Positions 18,356-27,939 of a stretch of DNA of 64,000 bases are shown here, one piece after another. A program made the position numbers and the translations under genes. The number at the start of each line of letters is the position of its first letter. Positions within the stretch are counted from its first letter, which is position 1. Source of the DNA: Candidatus Woesearchaeota archaeon (lineage in GTDB: Archaea; Nanobdellota; Nanobdellia; Woesearchaeales; GW2011-AR4). The notes beneath the pieces are model-generated. The model was given only the letters and a program-made list of their open reading frames with translations, was not told the origin of the DNA and made no database searches. The stretch spans positions 2,206-66,205 of the forward strand of contig JACPBQ010000002.1 in NCBI GenBank assembly GCA_016180235.1, given 5' to 3'.

Positions 18356-18925
18356 ATGCCCCAACCAAAATCAATCCATCCAAAAACAAGGAAAAAATGG
18401 AGGCAATGGCTTCAAAAAAACCATAAAAAAGAATCCAAAGTTTTTCTTATAAAATACAAGAAACACACTAAAAAGCCGACCATAACCCATAGGGAAGCGA
18501 TGGATGAAGCTATATGCTTTGGCTGGATTGACACAACTGCAAAAAGGCTGGATGATGAAAGGTATGGCAATCATTTTGTCAAAAGGAATGAGAGCAGCAG
18601 GTGGAGCAGCAACACGCTGAAATACGCAGAAAGGCTCATAAAAGAAGGCAGGATGTCAGAAGAAGGTTTAAAGAGGTATGAGGAAGGCCTAAAAAAACCT
18701 GTCATCGACCATGGTTTGCCAAGAAATCCTGAAGCTCCAAAAGACTTAAAGGAAGCTTTGGAAAAAGACAAAAAAGCGAAAGAAAACTTCAATAATTTAG
18801 CTCCATCTTACAAAAGAGTGTACATTTACTGGGTTGAGAGGGCCAAAAGAAAAGAGACAAGAATTAAAAGAATAAAAGAAACCGTAAAAAGAGCAAAAGA
18901 AAATAAAAAATGGGGAATGCAGTAA
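18356..18925 (+). CDS. YdeI/OmpD-associated family protein
   Basis: WRQWLQKNH, EAICFGWID, SRWS..N and C-terminal AKRKETR..R motifs. Confidence 0.85.
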   Translation: MPQPKSIHPKTRKKWRQWLQKNHKKESKVFLIKYKKHTKKPTITHREAMDEAICFGWIDTTAKRLDDERYGNHFVKRNESSRWSSNTLKYAERLIKEGRMSEEGLKRYEEGLKKPVIDHGLPRNPEAPKDLKEALEKDKKAKENFNNLAPSYKRVYIYWVERAKRKETRIKRIKETVKRAKENKKWGMQ

Positions 18926-18964
18926 ATTAGATTTAAATACTCATTAAAAATCACCTTTCCTATC

Positions 18965-19519
18965 ATGCAAATAAATCTCATAACCTCAAACTTAGGAAAA
19001 GTCAAAGAACTTAAAGCCTACTTAGAGCCGGAAATAAAAATAAACCATATTAAAAAAGAATACAGGGAATTAAGAAGCGACAACCCGGAAGAAATAGCAA
19101 AAGAATCGGCAAAAAGGCTTGCAGAGGAACTAAAAAAACCAGTTGTTGTTGAAGATTCAGGATTGTTCATAAAATCTTTAAATGATTTCCCCGGAACATG
19201 CTCATCTTACATCCATAAAAGGATAGGATTAAAAGGGATCTTGAAATTGATGGAAAATACTGATGGCAGGGAATGCATGTACAAATCAGCAATTGCATAC
19301 TGCGAGCCAAAAAAAGAGCCGATAAGCTTTTTAGGCATAGAAAAAGGCACGATTTCAAAAAAAATAAAAGGAGCCCATGGATTCGGCCATGACCCAATAT
19401 TCATCCCGGAAAAAAGCAATAAAACCTATGGGGAAATGGAAAATTGCGAAAGCCTTAAAAAATTCAGGAGAAAAGCAGCTGAAAAGCTGAAGCATTATTT
19501 ACTGGAGGAGCAACAATGA
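18965..19519 (+). CDS. Non-canonical purine NTP pyrophosphatase (Ham1/RdgB)
   Basis: TSNLGKVKE, VEDSGL, FPG, GFGHDPIF. The usual C-terminal SHR is replaced by FRR. Confidence 0.88.
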   Translation: MQINLITSNLGKVKELKAYLEPEIKINHIKKEYRELRSDNPEEIAKESAKRLAEELKKPVVVEDSGLFIKSLNDFPGTCSSYIHKRIGLKGILKLMENTDGRECMYKSAIAYCEPKKEPISFLGIEKGTISKKIKGAHGFGHDPIFIPEKSNKTYGEMENCESLKKFRRKAAEKLKHYLLEEQQ

Positions 19520-20106
19520 TAGGAAAGATAAAAGACCTTATGAATGCAAAAGAGCAGATTGACATAATAAAGAATAACCTCAACTATGCGACAAGCTCCG
19601 TAGCGGAGCTCAAAGAGGAAGTGAGCTCGCTGAAAGGGCAGCTAAGCAGCACAATAGAAGAGATAAGCCATAAAAACAACGAATTCTTCACGAATTTCAA
19701 CGAGAATATGGAAGCAATAAGGAGCACAAGCAAGGAATTTGAGAAGGAGCTTTTCCAGTTCAAGCTGCTCAAAGCCCAGATGCAGAAAAAAGTCATGGAG
19801 AAGTTTGAGGAAGAGCTCGGCAATGAGCTCAAGCTGCAGACGGAAACTTTAAAAACCGATGCAGAAGCCTATAATGAATTAAAAGAGAACATAACAGGCA
19901 TTTCAAAGCAGGTAAACAGCCTGGGCAATGAAATAAACAAGTTCATAGACATAAGCAAGAACATAAAGAAGGAGGATTTTGAATTGACAAGGTTTGCCCA
20001 TCAGCTTAGGGAGATGGACAAGGAAAAACTGGAGCTGATGAGGAAGATTGACACTCTTGAGAGATTGGTCTCAAAGATAAGAAGGCAGGAATTCATAACA
20101 AGATGA
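19516..20106 (+). CDS. Coiled-coil hypothetical protein
   Basis: 196 aa; 4-nt overlaps with both neighbours. Confidence 0.7.
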   Translation: MIGKIKDLMNAKEQIDIIKNNLNYATSSVAELKEEVSSLKGQLSSTIEEISHKNNEFFTNFNENMEAIRSTSKEFEKELFQFKLLKAQMQKKVMEKFEEELGNELKLQTETLKTDAEAYNELKENITGISKQVNSLGNEINKFIDISKNIKKEDFELTRFAHQLREMDKEKLELMRKIDTLERLVSKIRRQEFITR

Positions 20107-20573
20107 AATTCAGGAAAGCAGCCTTAAAGGATGCAAAAGGCATTGCAAATGTTCTCAAAGAAAGCTATAACATCAAAGACCTAAAAGAAGGCCTGGAAAT
20201 CTTTAAGTTCGAGAGGGAAAAGCACAATAATTATATTGTTGCCGTTGATAACGAAAAAATAGTTGGAATTATCACATGGCTTGTCCATGGCCTTCCAAAG
20301 CACCAGCTGGCAGAGCTTGACCGGATTGCAGTGCTGCCGGAATACATGGGAAAAGGTGTTGCAAAAGGGCTTTTTGATGAGCTGATAAGAGAGGCTATGG
20401 AATTCTACAAAAAAAAGAAGTCAAAATTAAGGAAGCTATATCTCCTGACCCATGAGGACAATAAAAGAGCGCATAAATTCTATGAAAAGCTGGGATTTGA
20501 GCATGAAGTGACTCTAAAGGAGCATTATTACAAAGACAGGCATGAGTATGTTTTCTCTATGTTCTTTGATTAA
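20103..20573 (+). CDS. GNAT family acetyltransferase
   Basis: IAVLPEYMGKGVAK acetyl-CoA motif, N..A.KFYEKLGF. Confidence 0.9.
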   Translation: MKFRKAALKDAKGIANVLKESYNIKDLKEGLEIFKFEREKHNNYIVAVDNEKIVGIITWLVHGLPKHQLAELDRIAVLPEYMGKGVAKGLFDELIREAMEFYKKKKSKLRKLYLLTHEDNKRAHKFYEKLGFEHEVTLKEHYYKDRHEYVFSMFFD

Positions 20574-20613
20574 AAAAATAGTTTTATAAAGCTCTAAGCC
20601 TTGCATTTTCCTT

Positions 20614-21537
20614 ATGTCGGAAATAGCATTGGAGATAAAAAGCCTGAAAAAGACTTATTCCGGAAATGTAGAGGCGCTAAAAGGGATAGACCTGGTGATA
20701 AAAAAAGGCGATTTTTTTGCTTTATTGGGGCCTAACGGCGCGGGAAAAACCACGACAATAAACATAATGATAAGCCTGGTGAACAAGACTTCCGGCACTG
20801 TAAAAGTATTCGGCTTTGACATTGACAAAAATCTGAATGATGCAAAAAGGCATATAGGGATTGTCCCCCAGGAATTCAATTTCTCGATTTTCGAAAAGCC
20901 TTTCGACATTATTGTCCAGCAGGCCGGCTATTATGGAATACCAAAAAAAATAGCGAAAGAGAGGGCAGAAAAATACCTTAAGCAGCTTGACTTGTGGGAA
21001 AAAAGGAATACCATGGCGCAAAGATTGTCAGGGGGCCAGAAAAGAAGGCTGATGATAGCAAGGGCATTGGTCCATGAGCCGCAATTATTGATTTTAGACG
21101 AGCCGACAGCAGGAGTAGATATTGAGATAAGGAGGAGCATGTGGAAATTCATATCAAACTTAAACACACAAGGCCGCACAATAATCCTTACAACCCATTA
21201 TCTGGAGGAAGCGGAAAATCTGTGCAGGAACATTGCAATCATAGACAAAGGAAAAATAATAGAAAACACCTCAATGAAAAATTTTCTCAGAAGCATGGAC
21301 AGGGAAGCCTTTATTTTAGATGTTAAAGAGCCGATAAGGCAAATAACAAAGCTGGATGATTTCAGCATAAAAATGATTGATGATACAACTCTGGAAGTTG
21401 AAATATCAAAAAAGCACAGCTTAAACGCATTATTCAGCCATTTCCAGAAGAATAATATTGAGATAATAAGCATGAGGAGGAAAACGGCAAGATTGGAGGA
21501 ATTATTCATGAGGCTTGTTGAGAACGGGAAAAAATGA
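20614..21537 (+). CDS. ABC transporter ATP-binding protein (YadG-like)
   Basis: GPNGAGKTT, LSGGQKRR, LILDEPTAG, TTHY. Confidence 0.92.
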   Translation: MSEIALEIKSLKKTYSGNVEALKGIDLVIKKGDFFALLGPNGAGKTTTINIMISLVNKTSGTVKVFGFDIDKNLNDAKRHIGIVPQEFNFSIFEKPFDIIVQQAGYYGIPKKIAKERAEKYLKQLDLWEKRNTMAQRLSGGQKRRLMIARALVHEPQLLILDEPTAGVDIEIRRSMWKFISNLNTQGRTIILTTHYLEEAENLCRNIAIIDKGKIIENTSMKNFLRSMDREAFILDVKEPIRQITKLDDFSIKMIDDTTLEVEISKKHSLNALFSHFQKNNIEIISMRRKTARLEELFMRLVENGKK

Positions 21538-22310
21538 ACGCTAAAGAGCAATACTGCGCATTCAGGGCAATTGTAGACAAGGAAGTTACCCGCATTTTGA
21601 GGATTTGGATGCAGACCTTGCTTCCTTCAGCTATAACCATGACCCTCTATTTCATAATATTTGGAAAATTTATCGGCTCTCAGGTTAAGGACATAAACGG
21701 GTTTTCTTACATGCAGTTTATCGTGCCCGGAATCATAATGCTTTCCGTGATAACAAACTCATTTACTAATGTAGTCTCTGCATTCTTCAGCGCCAAGTTC
21801 CAGAAAAGCATAGAAGAGCTGCTTGTAAGCCCCACTCCGAATTACATAATAATCTTAGGATACACGGCAAGCGGGGTTTTCAGGGGACTTTTAGTTGGGA
21901 TTATTGTTTTGCTTGTTTCGTTATTGTTTTTCGCGCAACTGCATATTTACAATATTGCAATAGTCATCGCGTTCATACTGCTGACTTCAATGGTCTTTTC
22001 CCTTGGCGGCCTTCTTAATGCAATTTTTGCGAAAAGGTTTGATGACATATCCATTATCCCCACTTTCGTCCTTATGCCCCTAACCTATCTTGGCGGCGTA
22101 TTTTATTCGATAAAGCTATTGCCGGAATTCTGGCAGACAATCTCCTTATTTAACCCCATACTATACATGGTAAATGGCTTCCGTTACGGCTTTCTGGGAA
22201 TATCAGACATAAACATCTGGATAGGATTAGGGATGCTTATCATGTTTGCAGCGATATTGTTCTCTATCAGCCTCTACCTTATGAGGAAAGGCGTTGGATT
22301 GAGGACATAG
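21534..22310 (+). CDS. ABC-2 type permease (YadH-like)
   Basis: RIWMQTLLP, YMQFIVPG, PLTYLGGVFYS, NPILYMVNGFRYGF. Confidence 0.9.
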   Translation: MNAKEQYCAFRAIVDKEVTRILRIWMQTLLPSAITMTLYFIIFGKFIGSQVKDINGFSYMQFIVPGIIMLSVITNSFTNVVSAFFSAKFQKSIEELLVSPTPNYIIILGYTASGVFRGLLVGIIVLLVSLLFFAQLHIYNIAIVIAFILLTSMVFSLGGLLNAIFAKRFDDISIIPTFVLMPLTYLGGVFYSIKLLPEFWQTISLFNPILYMVNGFRYGFLGISDINIWIGLGMLIMFAAILFSISLYLMRKGVGLRT

Positions 22311-22394
22311 TTCAAAAAGTCCCATTCGGCATTTTTGTTACTTATTCTGTTATTATAGCAATGTTTTTATAATTTCGGATGAATTATTGGATTA

Positions 22395-22763
22395 ATGAAA
22401 CCCCTGTTGACAAAAGAAAATTTCAAATGCGACCGCTACTGCGGCGAGTGCTGCAAAAAGATGCTTGTGGCTGTAAGCAATAAAGACATAAAAAACATTG
22501 AAAAGCTCGGATATAAGAAAGAGAGTTTCGTGATGAAAGATGTGTTTAACTCAAAAAGAAAATTCCTGAAAAAGGAGGAGAATGGGTGGTGCGTTTTCCT
22601 GGAAAAAGAAAAAGACGGCAAATACTCCTGCAAAATCCACAAGGACAGGCCGGAAGTATGCCAAAAATACCCTTTCTTTCCCGGAACTCCAAAGGAAATA
22701 AAAAGCTGCCTGCCTGAGGATTTGTATCCGAATGTGTTTTTTAAGATGCCTTCAAGGAAATAA
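22395..22763 (+). CDS. YkgJ-family cysteine-cluster protein
   Basis: CxxxCGECC ... CVFL ... CKIHKDRPEVCQKYPF. Confidence 0.85.
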   Translation: MKPLLTKENFKCDRYCGECCKKMLVAVSNKDIKNIEKLGYKKESFVMKDVFNSKRKFLKKEENGWCVFLEKEKDGKYSCKIHKDRPEVCQKYPFFPGTPKEIKSCLPEDLYPNVFFKMPSRK

Positions 22764-22838
22764 AGGCAAAGAATTACCAAAAAAGCCATTATAGGGAGAT
22801 GAAACAATATTGTTTTTATTTTTCTTTAATCTAGTAAA

Positions 22839-23897
22839 TTACCTATATCTCTCATAAGTAAATTGGTATCTTTGTTCACACATTTTTACTAAGGCTTGAG
22901 AATCTCTGATAAGTTGTTGATAATGGTCTCTTAAAGGTGTTGAAAAGAAACTACTGGTAACCCCAAATCCATCATACTTTCTTTCATAAGTAGCGCTTGA
23001 GCCATCACCATAATTCTCAAAACTTAAACCTATTACAAGATTTGAACTGCATTGAACAATAATACTCTGTCCATAGTTTATATTGCTAAGCTTTTCGGTG
23101 TAGCCTTTAATTCCAAAATTGGTATTATTTATAGTTACATTATATTTATTAATTTTTATATAATTAATTTCAGCAATGTTTCCAGAAGCGGTTTCAGGAA
23201 AGGTTATATTGTCATAAAACAAAACCGAGGATAACTCTGAATGGCTAACATATTTAGTTTTCTCAGCGGTAGATATCTCTTTCGGATACTTCTTTAAATG
23301 AATTAGTTTTGGCAATTCCCCTTCCTCGAATTCGTTCTCAAATATTTCTTTTGATTTGAGAGCAGTATCTAAAAATATGTCCTTATTTTTGATAACAAAA
23401 TTCTGAAAATCTTTATTGTCATTTAGATAATGTTTGGAGTCGGTTATCTGTATAACCATCTCTGGTTTTTTAATTGTAAACTTAGAATAAGGATTAAACC
23501 CATACTTTCCTAAAAACTTAGAATTTTCAAGTTTATTAGAATATATTTGTGCATAATCTAATTCGGGGTCTTTAGTAAGAACTACTGTTTTTCCTAATAC
23601 GTTTCCAATATCAGCTTGTAAATCCTGAATTGTAAAAGTTTTAGTTTCTTCTGCTGCCTCTTCCGGTGTTATCTGTTTAGTTTCTTCTACCTTTGTTTCT
23701 TCTTTGACTTCATCCTTATCACAAATAGAATTATCATCTTTGTCCAAACAGCAGTCATTTCCTACAAGAATATACGGTTTATTACAAACAGGCTGCTTAG
23801 CTTGAGGAGAGCATGCACTTACCAAAAAAGCAAAAAGTATCAACAATGAGATTGCATATTTTAGCTTCAAACTAACCACCCCTTTTAATCTTAACAA
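22839..23897 (-). CDS. Putative lipoprotein (start uncertain)
   Basis: Hydrophobic leader with VSAC lipobox-like site and CCLDKDDNSICD motif; AT-rich coding. Confidence 0.65.
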   Translation of the reverse strand: MLRLKGVVSLKLKYAISLLILFAFLVSACSPQAKQPVCNKPYILVGNDCCLDKDDNSICDKDEVKEETKVEETKQITPEEAAEETKTFTIQDLQADIGNVLGKTVVLTKDPELDYAQIYSNKLENSKFLGKYGFNPYSKFTIKKPEMVIQITDSKHYLNDNKDFQNFVIKNKDIFLDTALKSKEIFENEFEEGELPKLIHLKKYPKEISTAEKTKYVSHSELSSVLFYDNITFPETASGNIAEINYIKINKYNVTINNTNFGIKGYTEKLSNINYGQSIIVQCSSNLVIGLSFENYGDGSSATYERKYDGFGVTSSFFSTPLRDHYQQLIRDSQALVKMCEQRYQFTYERYR

Positions 23898-24082
23898 AAC
23901 TCTAACAAATTAAAGATTCTTTTTAAACATTTCTAAAAGAGCCCAAGCCAATCATTGTTTATCAGCTAAAGTAAAGTTTAATCAACTTGTTCTCATAATA
24001 ATCAATAAGCTTTTTAAATAACGCTTTTATCCCTTTTACCATTCTAATTTCATTTAAAAAATTAGATTTGGAGGTAATTATT

Positions 24083-24631
24083 ATGGCAAGCTTTAAGCTT
24101 AATATTGCAACAAAAGAAGGGAAATGCTACAAGACTGAGGTAAAGGAACAGCAGGCAGCTCCTTTGATGGGGCTCAACATTGGGGAAAAAGTGGACGGCA
24201 GCAAGCTTGGCCTGGAAGGCTATGAGCTGCAGGTTACAGGAGGCATGGATTACTGCGGCTTTCCGATGAGAAGCGGGATTCTCGGCCAGAGAAAGAAGAT
24301 TTCCATCTATAAAAGCACCGGCTTCAGGGGAGCATTAAAAGGCATCAAGAGGAGAAAGACCGTATGCGGCCATAAGATCAATGAAAAAATAAGCGCGGTA
24401 AACCTTAAAGTGCTGAAGGAAGGGGCAAAAAAGCTTGCTGACATGTTCGGCAAAAAGCAAGAAGAAGGAAAAGCTGAAGAAAAAACGGCTAAAAAGGAAG
24501 AAGCAAAGGCAGAGGAGAAGCAGAAGGAAGCTAAGAAAGAAGAGGCAAAAAAAGAAGTCCAGGCAGTAAAACAGGAAGAAAAGAAGGAAGCAAAGCCCCA
24601 AGCTGAAGAAAAGAAAGAGGAGAAAAAGTAA
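24083..24631 (+). CDS. rps6e: 30S ribosomal protein S6e with K/E-rich tail
   Basis: LQVTGGMDYCGFPMR, GIKRRKTVCG; GGAGGT SD before ATG 24083. Confidence 0.9.
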   Translation: MASFKLNIATKEGKCYKTEVKEQQAAPLMGLNIGEKVDGSKLGLEGYELQVTGGMDYCGFPMRSGILGQRKKISIYKSTGFRGALKGIKRRKTVCGHKINEKISAVNLKVLKEGAKKLADMFGKKQEEGKAEEKTAKKEEAKAEEKQKEAKKEEAKKEVQAVKQEEKKEAKPQAEEKKEEKK

Positions 24632-24635
24632 AAAT

Positions 24636-25892
24636 ATGCCTCGCACCAAGAAAGCAACAGATGAAGCAAACGAAAAAATAATGCAGCCCGAGCTCAATAT
24701 AGGGATGGTGGGCCATGTCGACCATGGAAAAACAACTTTGCTTGAAAGGCTTTCCGGGGTATGGGCTGACACTCATTCTGAGGAGATAAAAAGGGGCATA
24801 ACAATAAGGCTGGGCTATGCAGACACTGTTTTCTACAGGGAAGGTGGCATTTTCACTACAAAGCCGAAAGACAGGTCAAAAGCAGAGCTGCTGAGGAAGG
24901 TAAGCTTTGTCGACGCTCCGGGACATGAAAGCCTGATGGCAACAATGCTTTCAGGAGCAACTATAATGGACGGTGCCCTGCTGCTTATAGCGGCAAACGA
25001 GACATGCCCGCAGCCTCAGACAAGAGAGCACCTCATGGCACTCCAGATTATAGGCATAAAAAATATTGTAATTGTGCAGAACAAGATTGATTTGGTTGAC
25101 GAGAAAGCCGCTTTAAAAAATTATGAGCAGATTAAAAGTTTTGTAAAGGGAACAGCCTATGAGCATTCACCCATAATACCTATATCTGCACAGCATAATG
25201 TCGGCTTGAGCTCTTTGATAAAAGCCATCGAGGAAACAATAGTTACGCCTAAAAGGGACACCGGCAAAGATCCTATTTTTCTGGTAGCAAGAAGTTTTGA
25301 CATAAACAGGCCTGGCACATTGCCAAAAGACCTTACAGGCGGTGTTCTTGGAGGCTCCATGAAGCAGGGCATATTAAAGAAAGGCCAGGATATTGAGATA
25401 AGGCCCGGCAGAAGCCTGATGGAAAAGAACAAGGAAGTATGGAAGCCCATAAGGGCAAAAATTGCTGACTTAAGATATGGCGGCTTGTCTGTTGGCGAGA
25501 TTTCCCCTGGGGGAACAGCAGGAATACTGACTTCTTTGGACCCTTCAATTGTAAAATCAGACCAGCTTCTTGGCTCTATTGTTGGCCTGCCCGGCAAGCT
25601 TCCGCAAGTCCTGTTTGAAATAACATTTGCCCCTCACCTGCTTGAACGTGTGGTGGGAACAGAGCAGGAGCTTAGTGTGGAGCCTATAAAGATGAACGAA
25701 ACGCTGATGCTTAATGTGAACTCGGCAACTACAGTAGGAATAGTGACCGGCACCAGGAAAAAAAATGTTGCTTGCAGGCTGAAAATACCGGTATGCGCGG
25801 AAATAAATTCGAAAGTCACCATATCCAGGAGAATAGGCAACAGGTTCAGGCTAATAGGCTATGGTGACATCATAGAAGGAAAAACCCAATAA
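24636..25892 (+). CDS. eif2g: Translation initiation factor aIF-2 gamma
   Basis: QPELNIGMVGHVDHGKTT, RGITIRLGYA, DAPGHE, QPQTREH, QNKID, ARSFDINRPG. Confidence 0.95.
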   Translation: MPRTKKATDEANEKIMQPELNIGMVGHVDHGKTTLLERLSGVWADTHSEEIKRGITIRLGYADTVFYREGGIFTTKPKDRSKAELLRKVSFVDAPGHESLMATMLSGATIMDGALLLIAANETCPQPQTREHLMALQIIGIKNIVIVQNKIDLVDEKAALKNYEQIKSFVKGTAYEHSPIIPISAQHNVGLSSLIKAIEETIVTPKRDTGKDPIFLVARSFDINRPGTLPKDLTGGVLGGSMKQGILKKGQDIEIRPGRSLMEKNKEVWKPIRAKIADLRYGGLSVGEISPGGTAGILTSLDPSIVKSDQLLGSIVGLPGKLPQVLFEITFAPHLLERVVGTEQELSVEPIKMNETLMLNVNSATTVGIVTGTRKKNVACRLKIPVCAEINSKVTISRRIGNRFRLIGYGDIIEGKTQ

Positions 25893-25946
25893 GTCTACAA
25901 GTCTAAATAGAAAAACTCAAGCATATATCTATAATCCCCCTCACTT

Positions 25947-26075
25947 TCATTTTTTGCTTATTACTCTTTTTACCTTTTCTTGCCTGTATTTTTCAGGAAA
26001 TGCCATGTATTCCTTCTCTATAGCGTCCCATATCTCATGAATGTCCCTGAAACTGCGCCAGTCTTTGGTATACAT
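25947..26075 (-). CDS. Small hypothetical protein (42 aa)
   Basis: Manual translation MYTKDWRSFRDIHEIWDAIEKEYMAFPEKYRQEKVKRVISKK with a strong GGAGGTG SD. Confidence 0.55.
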   Translation of the reverse strand: MYTKDWRSFRDIHEIWDAIEKEYMAFPEKYRQEKVKRVISKK

Positions 26076-26340
26076 ACTACCACCTCCGAAACCATCCTAT
26101 ATTCTCAGAACTACCCCTTTTCTGGAAGAGTAAAGATTATCAGTTTTATATAGCTTTTCCTTAAAGTTTATAAAACCTTTAATTTTTATATAAAAAAGAA
26201 AAGTTTATATATGGAATATAATCTACCTTAATGCAATACAAAGACTAAGGGGTGTATTTATATAAGCTTATAATTTGTTTATTTTTTAATATTTTAATTG
26301 CTGCGTTATAATTAATTCCAATTTTAAATGGGTGGTTTAA

Positions 26341-27282
26341 ATGAAAAGACGGGTAATACAGATAGCAAACAGCACGCAGTTGATTTCTCTGCCTAGAAAA
26401 TGGACTCTGCAGTATAATATTAAGAAAGGAGATGAGCTGGAGGTTGAGGAGGATGGGAATAAGATAACAGTAAGTACTGAGAAAGCCCAAGAGTCAAAAA
26501 ATATAGAAGTGGATATTACGGGTCTGGACAGGGATTCTTTTATGTTTTTAATCAGGGTGCTATACATAAGAGGATACGATGAAATAAAGCTGATTTTTAA
26601 TGAGCCTACAGTAGATCATTACAGAATAAATCAAAAAGTAAGAGTAATATCGGAAATACATACAGAAGTTAACAGGCTTACGGGCATTGAGATTATTCAG
26701 CAAAGAGAAAATTTTTGCATACTTAAGGTTCTTTCTGAAAGTTCGATAAAAGAATTTGACTTGATATTCAGGAGGATTTTCCTGTTAGTGATGGATGCGA
26801 GCAATGATTTGATTCAGGGGGCAAAAAAAGGAGATAGATATTTAGTTGAAAGCATGGAAGAAAAGCATAATACCATTACCAAGTTCATGGCTAACGGCTT
26901 GAGATTATTAAATAAATATGGCCATCCAAATCACAAGGATACCTCCGCTTATTATCATGTGATAGAGTGCCTGGACATTATTAACGATACTTTAAAAGAT
27001 TCAGCTAGGAGCATAGTCCAAGAAGATATTAAGATCTCAAAGCTCTGCGATAGCATATTAGTTAAAATTAATGATTCCTTGCAGGATTTTCACAAGTTTT
27101 TTTACAAGTTTGATGCTAAATTAATAGAAAAATTAAGTTCTGACAGATTCAAAATTTTAGATGAAATAGTGAGATTATCAAAAAAGTTGAGCAAAGAAGA
27201 GATTAAGCTTATAATGCACATGAAGCAGATAATAGAATTAATCTACACATTGAAAGTGACAAGAATAGAGTTAGAATATTAA
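26341..27282 (+). CDS. AbrB-PhoU type phosphate-uptake regulator
   Basis: N-terminal RRVIQIANSTQLISLPRKW...KGDELEV AbrB fold followed by PhoU-like helical repeats. Confidence 0.8.
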   Translation: MKRRVIQIANSTQLISLPRKWTLQYNIKKGDELEVEEDGNKITVSTEKAQESKNIEVDITGLDRDSFMFLIRVLYIRGYDEIKLIFNEPTVDHYRINQKVRVISEIHTEVNRLTGIEIIQQRENFCILKVLSESSIKEFDLIFRRIFLLVMDASNDLIQGAKKGDRYLVESMEEKHNTITKFMANGLRLLNKYGHPNHKDTSAYYHVIECLDIINDTLKDSARSIVQEDIKISKLCDSILVKINDSLQDFHKFFYKFDAKLIEKLSSDRFKILDEIVRLSKKLSKEEIKLIMHMKQIIELIYTLKVTRIELEY

Positions 27283-27311
27283 TATGTTAAAAGTATATTG
27301 AAATTATAAAA

Positions 27312-27929
27312 TTATTGAATAGTTATGGGTTCCACCTCTTGTACTGCTTGGTCGCTAATCTCTAAATGCCTTACAAAATTATTTGGCCAATTGGAATAAG
27401 GCCTGGCTATTATGTCTCCGCCCCTTAACAAAGAGTTTATCAAATAAGTATTAAAATATTTATGGCCCATAATGCCTACTATGCCGTCCAGCTCTCTTAG
27501 GTGTTCCTCTTGGAATCTTTTAACTCTTGCCCGTATAGCATCAAGACTTTCTCCATTTCTAATCTGATCTTGCTTGAATAAAGTTTGATACAATTCTTCT
27601 CCATCTTTCGCTACTTGATCATAAACCAATGATTGTAAGTCGCCCCAGTGCCTTTCTCTTAAAAGATCGGTAGAAACAAATTTAATAGGAGTTTCTTGCT
27701 GTTGCCTTAAATAATCGACAATGCTTCTAGCAGGTCTCTCCGCCCGCTGTAAGTCGGAAGAAAAAAAATGATTAAAAGGCTTTCTTCTAGCCAACTCTGC
27801 TGCAAGTTTTTCTATGCCAACTTGGTATCCAGGCGCCAATTCAGGATCCAGCTGTCCTTGAATAATTTTTTGTTTATTAAAAACAGTTTCCGGATGCCTG
27901 ATTAAGTACAGATCTAGCATAGTAATCAA
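27312..27929 (-). CDS. Histidine phosphatase family protein
   Basis: LIRHPET, SSDLQRA, LRERHWGDLQ, GES motifs. Confidence 0.85.
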   Translation of the reverse strand: MITMLDLYLIRHPETVFNKQKIIQGQLDPELAPGYQVGIEKLAAELARRKPFNHFFSSDLQRAERPARSIVDYLRQQQETPIKFVSTDLLRERHWGDLQSLVYDQVAKDGEELYQTLFKQDQIRNGESLDAIRARVKRFQEEHLRELDGIVGIMGHKYFNTYLINSLLRGGDIIARPYSNWPNNFVRHLEISDQAVQEVEPITIQ

Positions 27930-27939
27930 ACAATAAGTT

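Noticed and set aside
24460..24631. Repetitive GAA/AAA tract and long antisense ORFs
   Set aside because: Explained by the K/E-rich tail of S6e.
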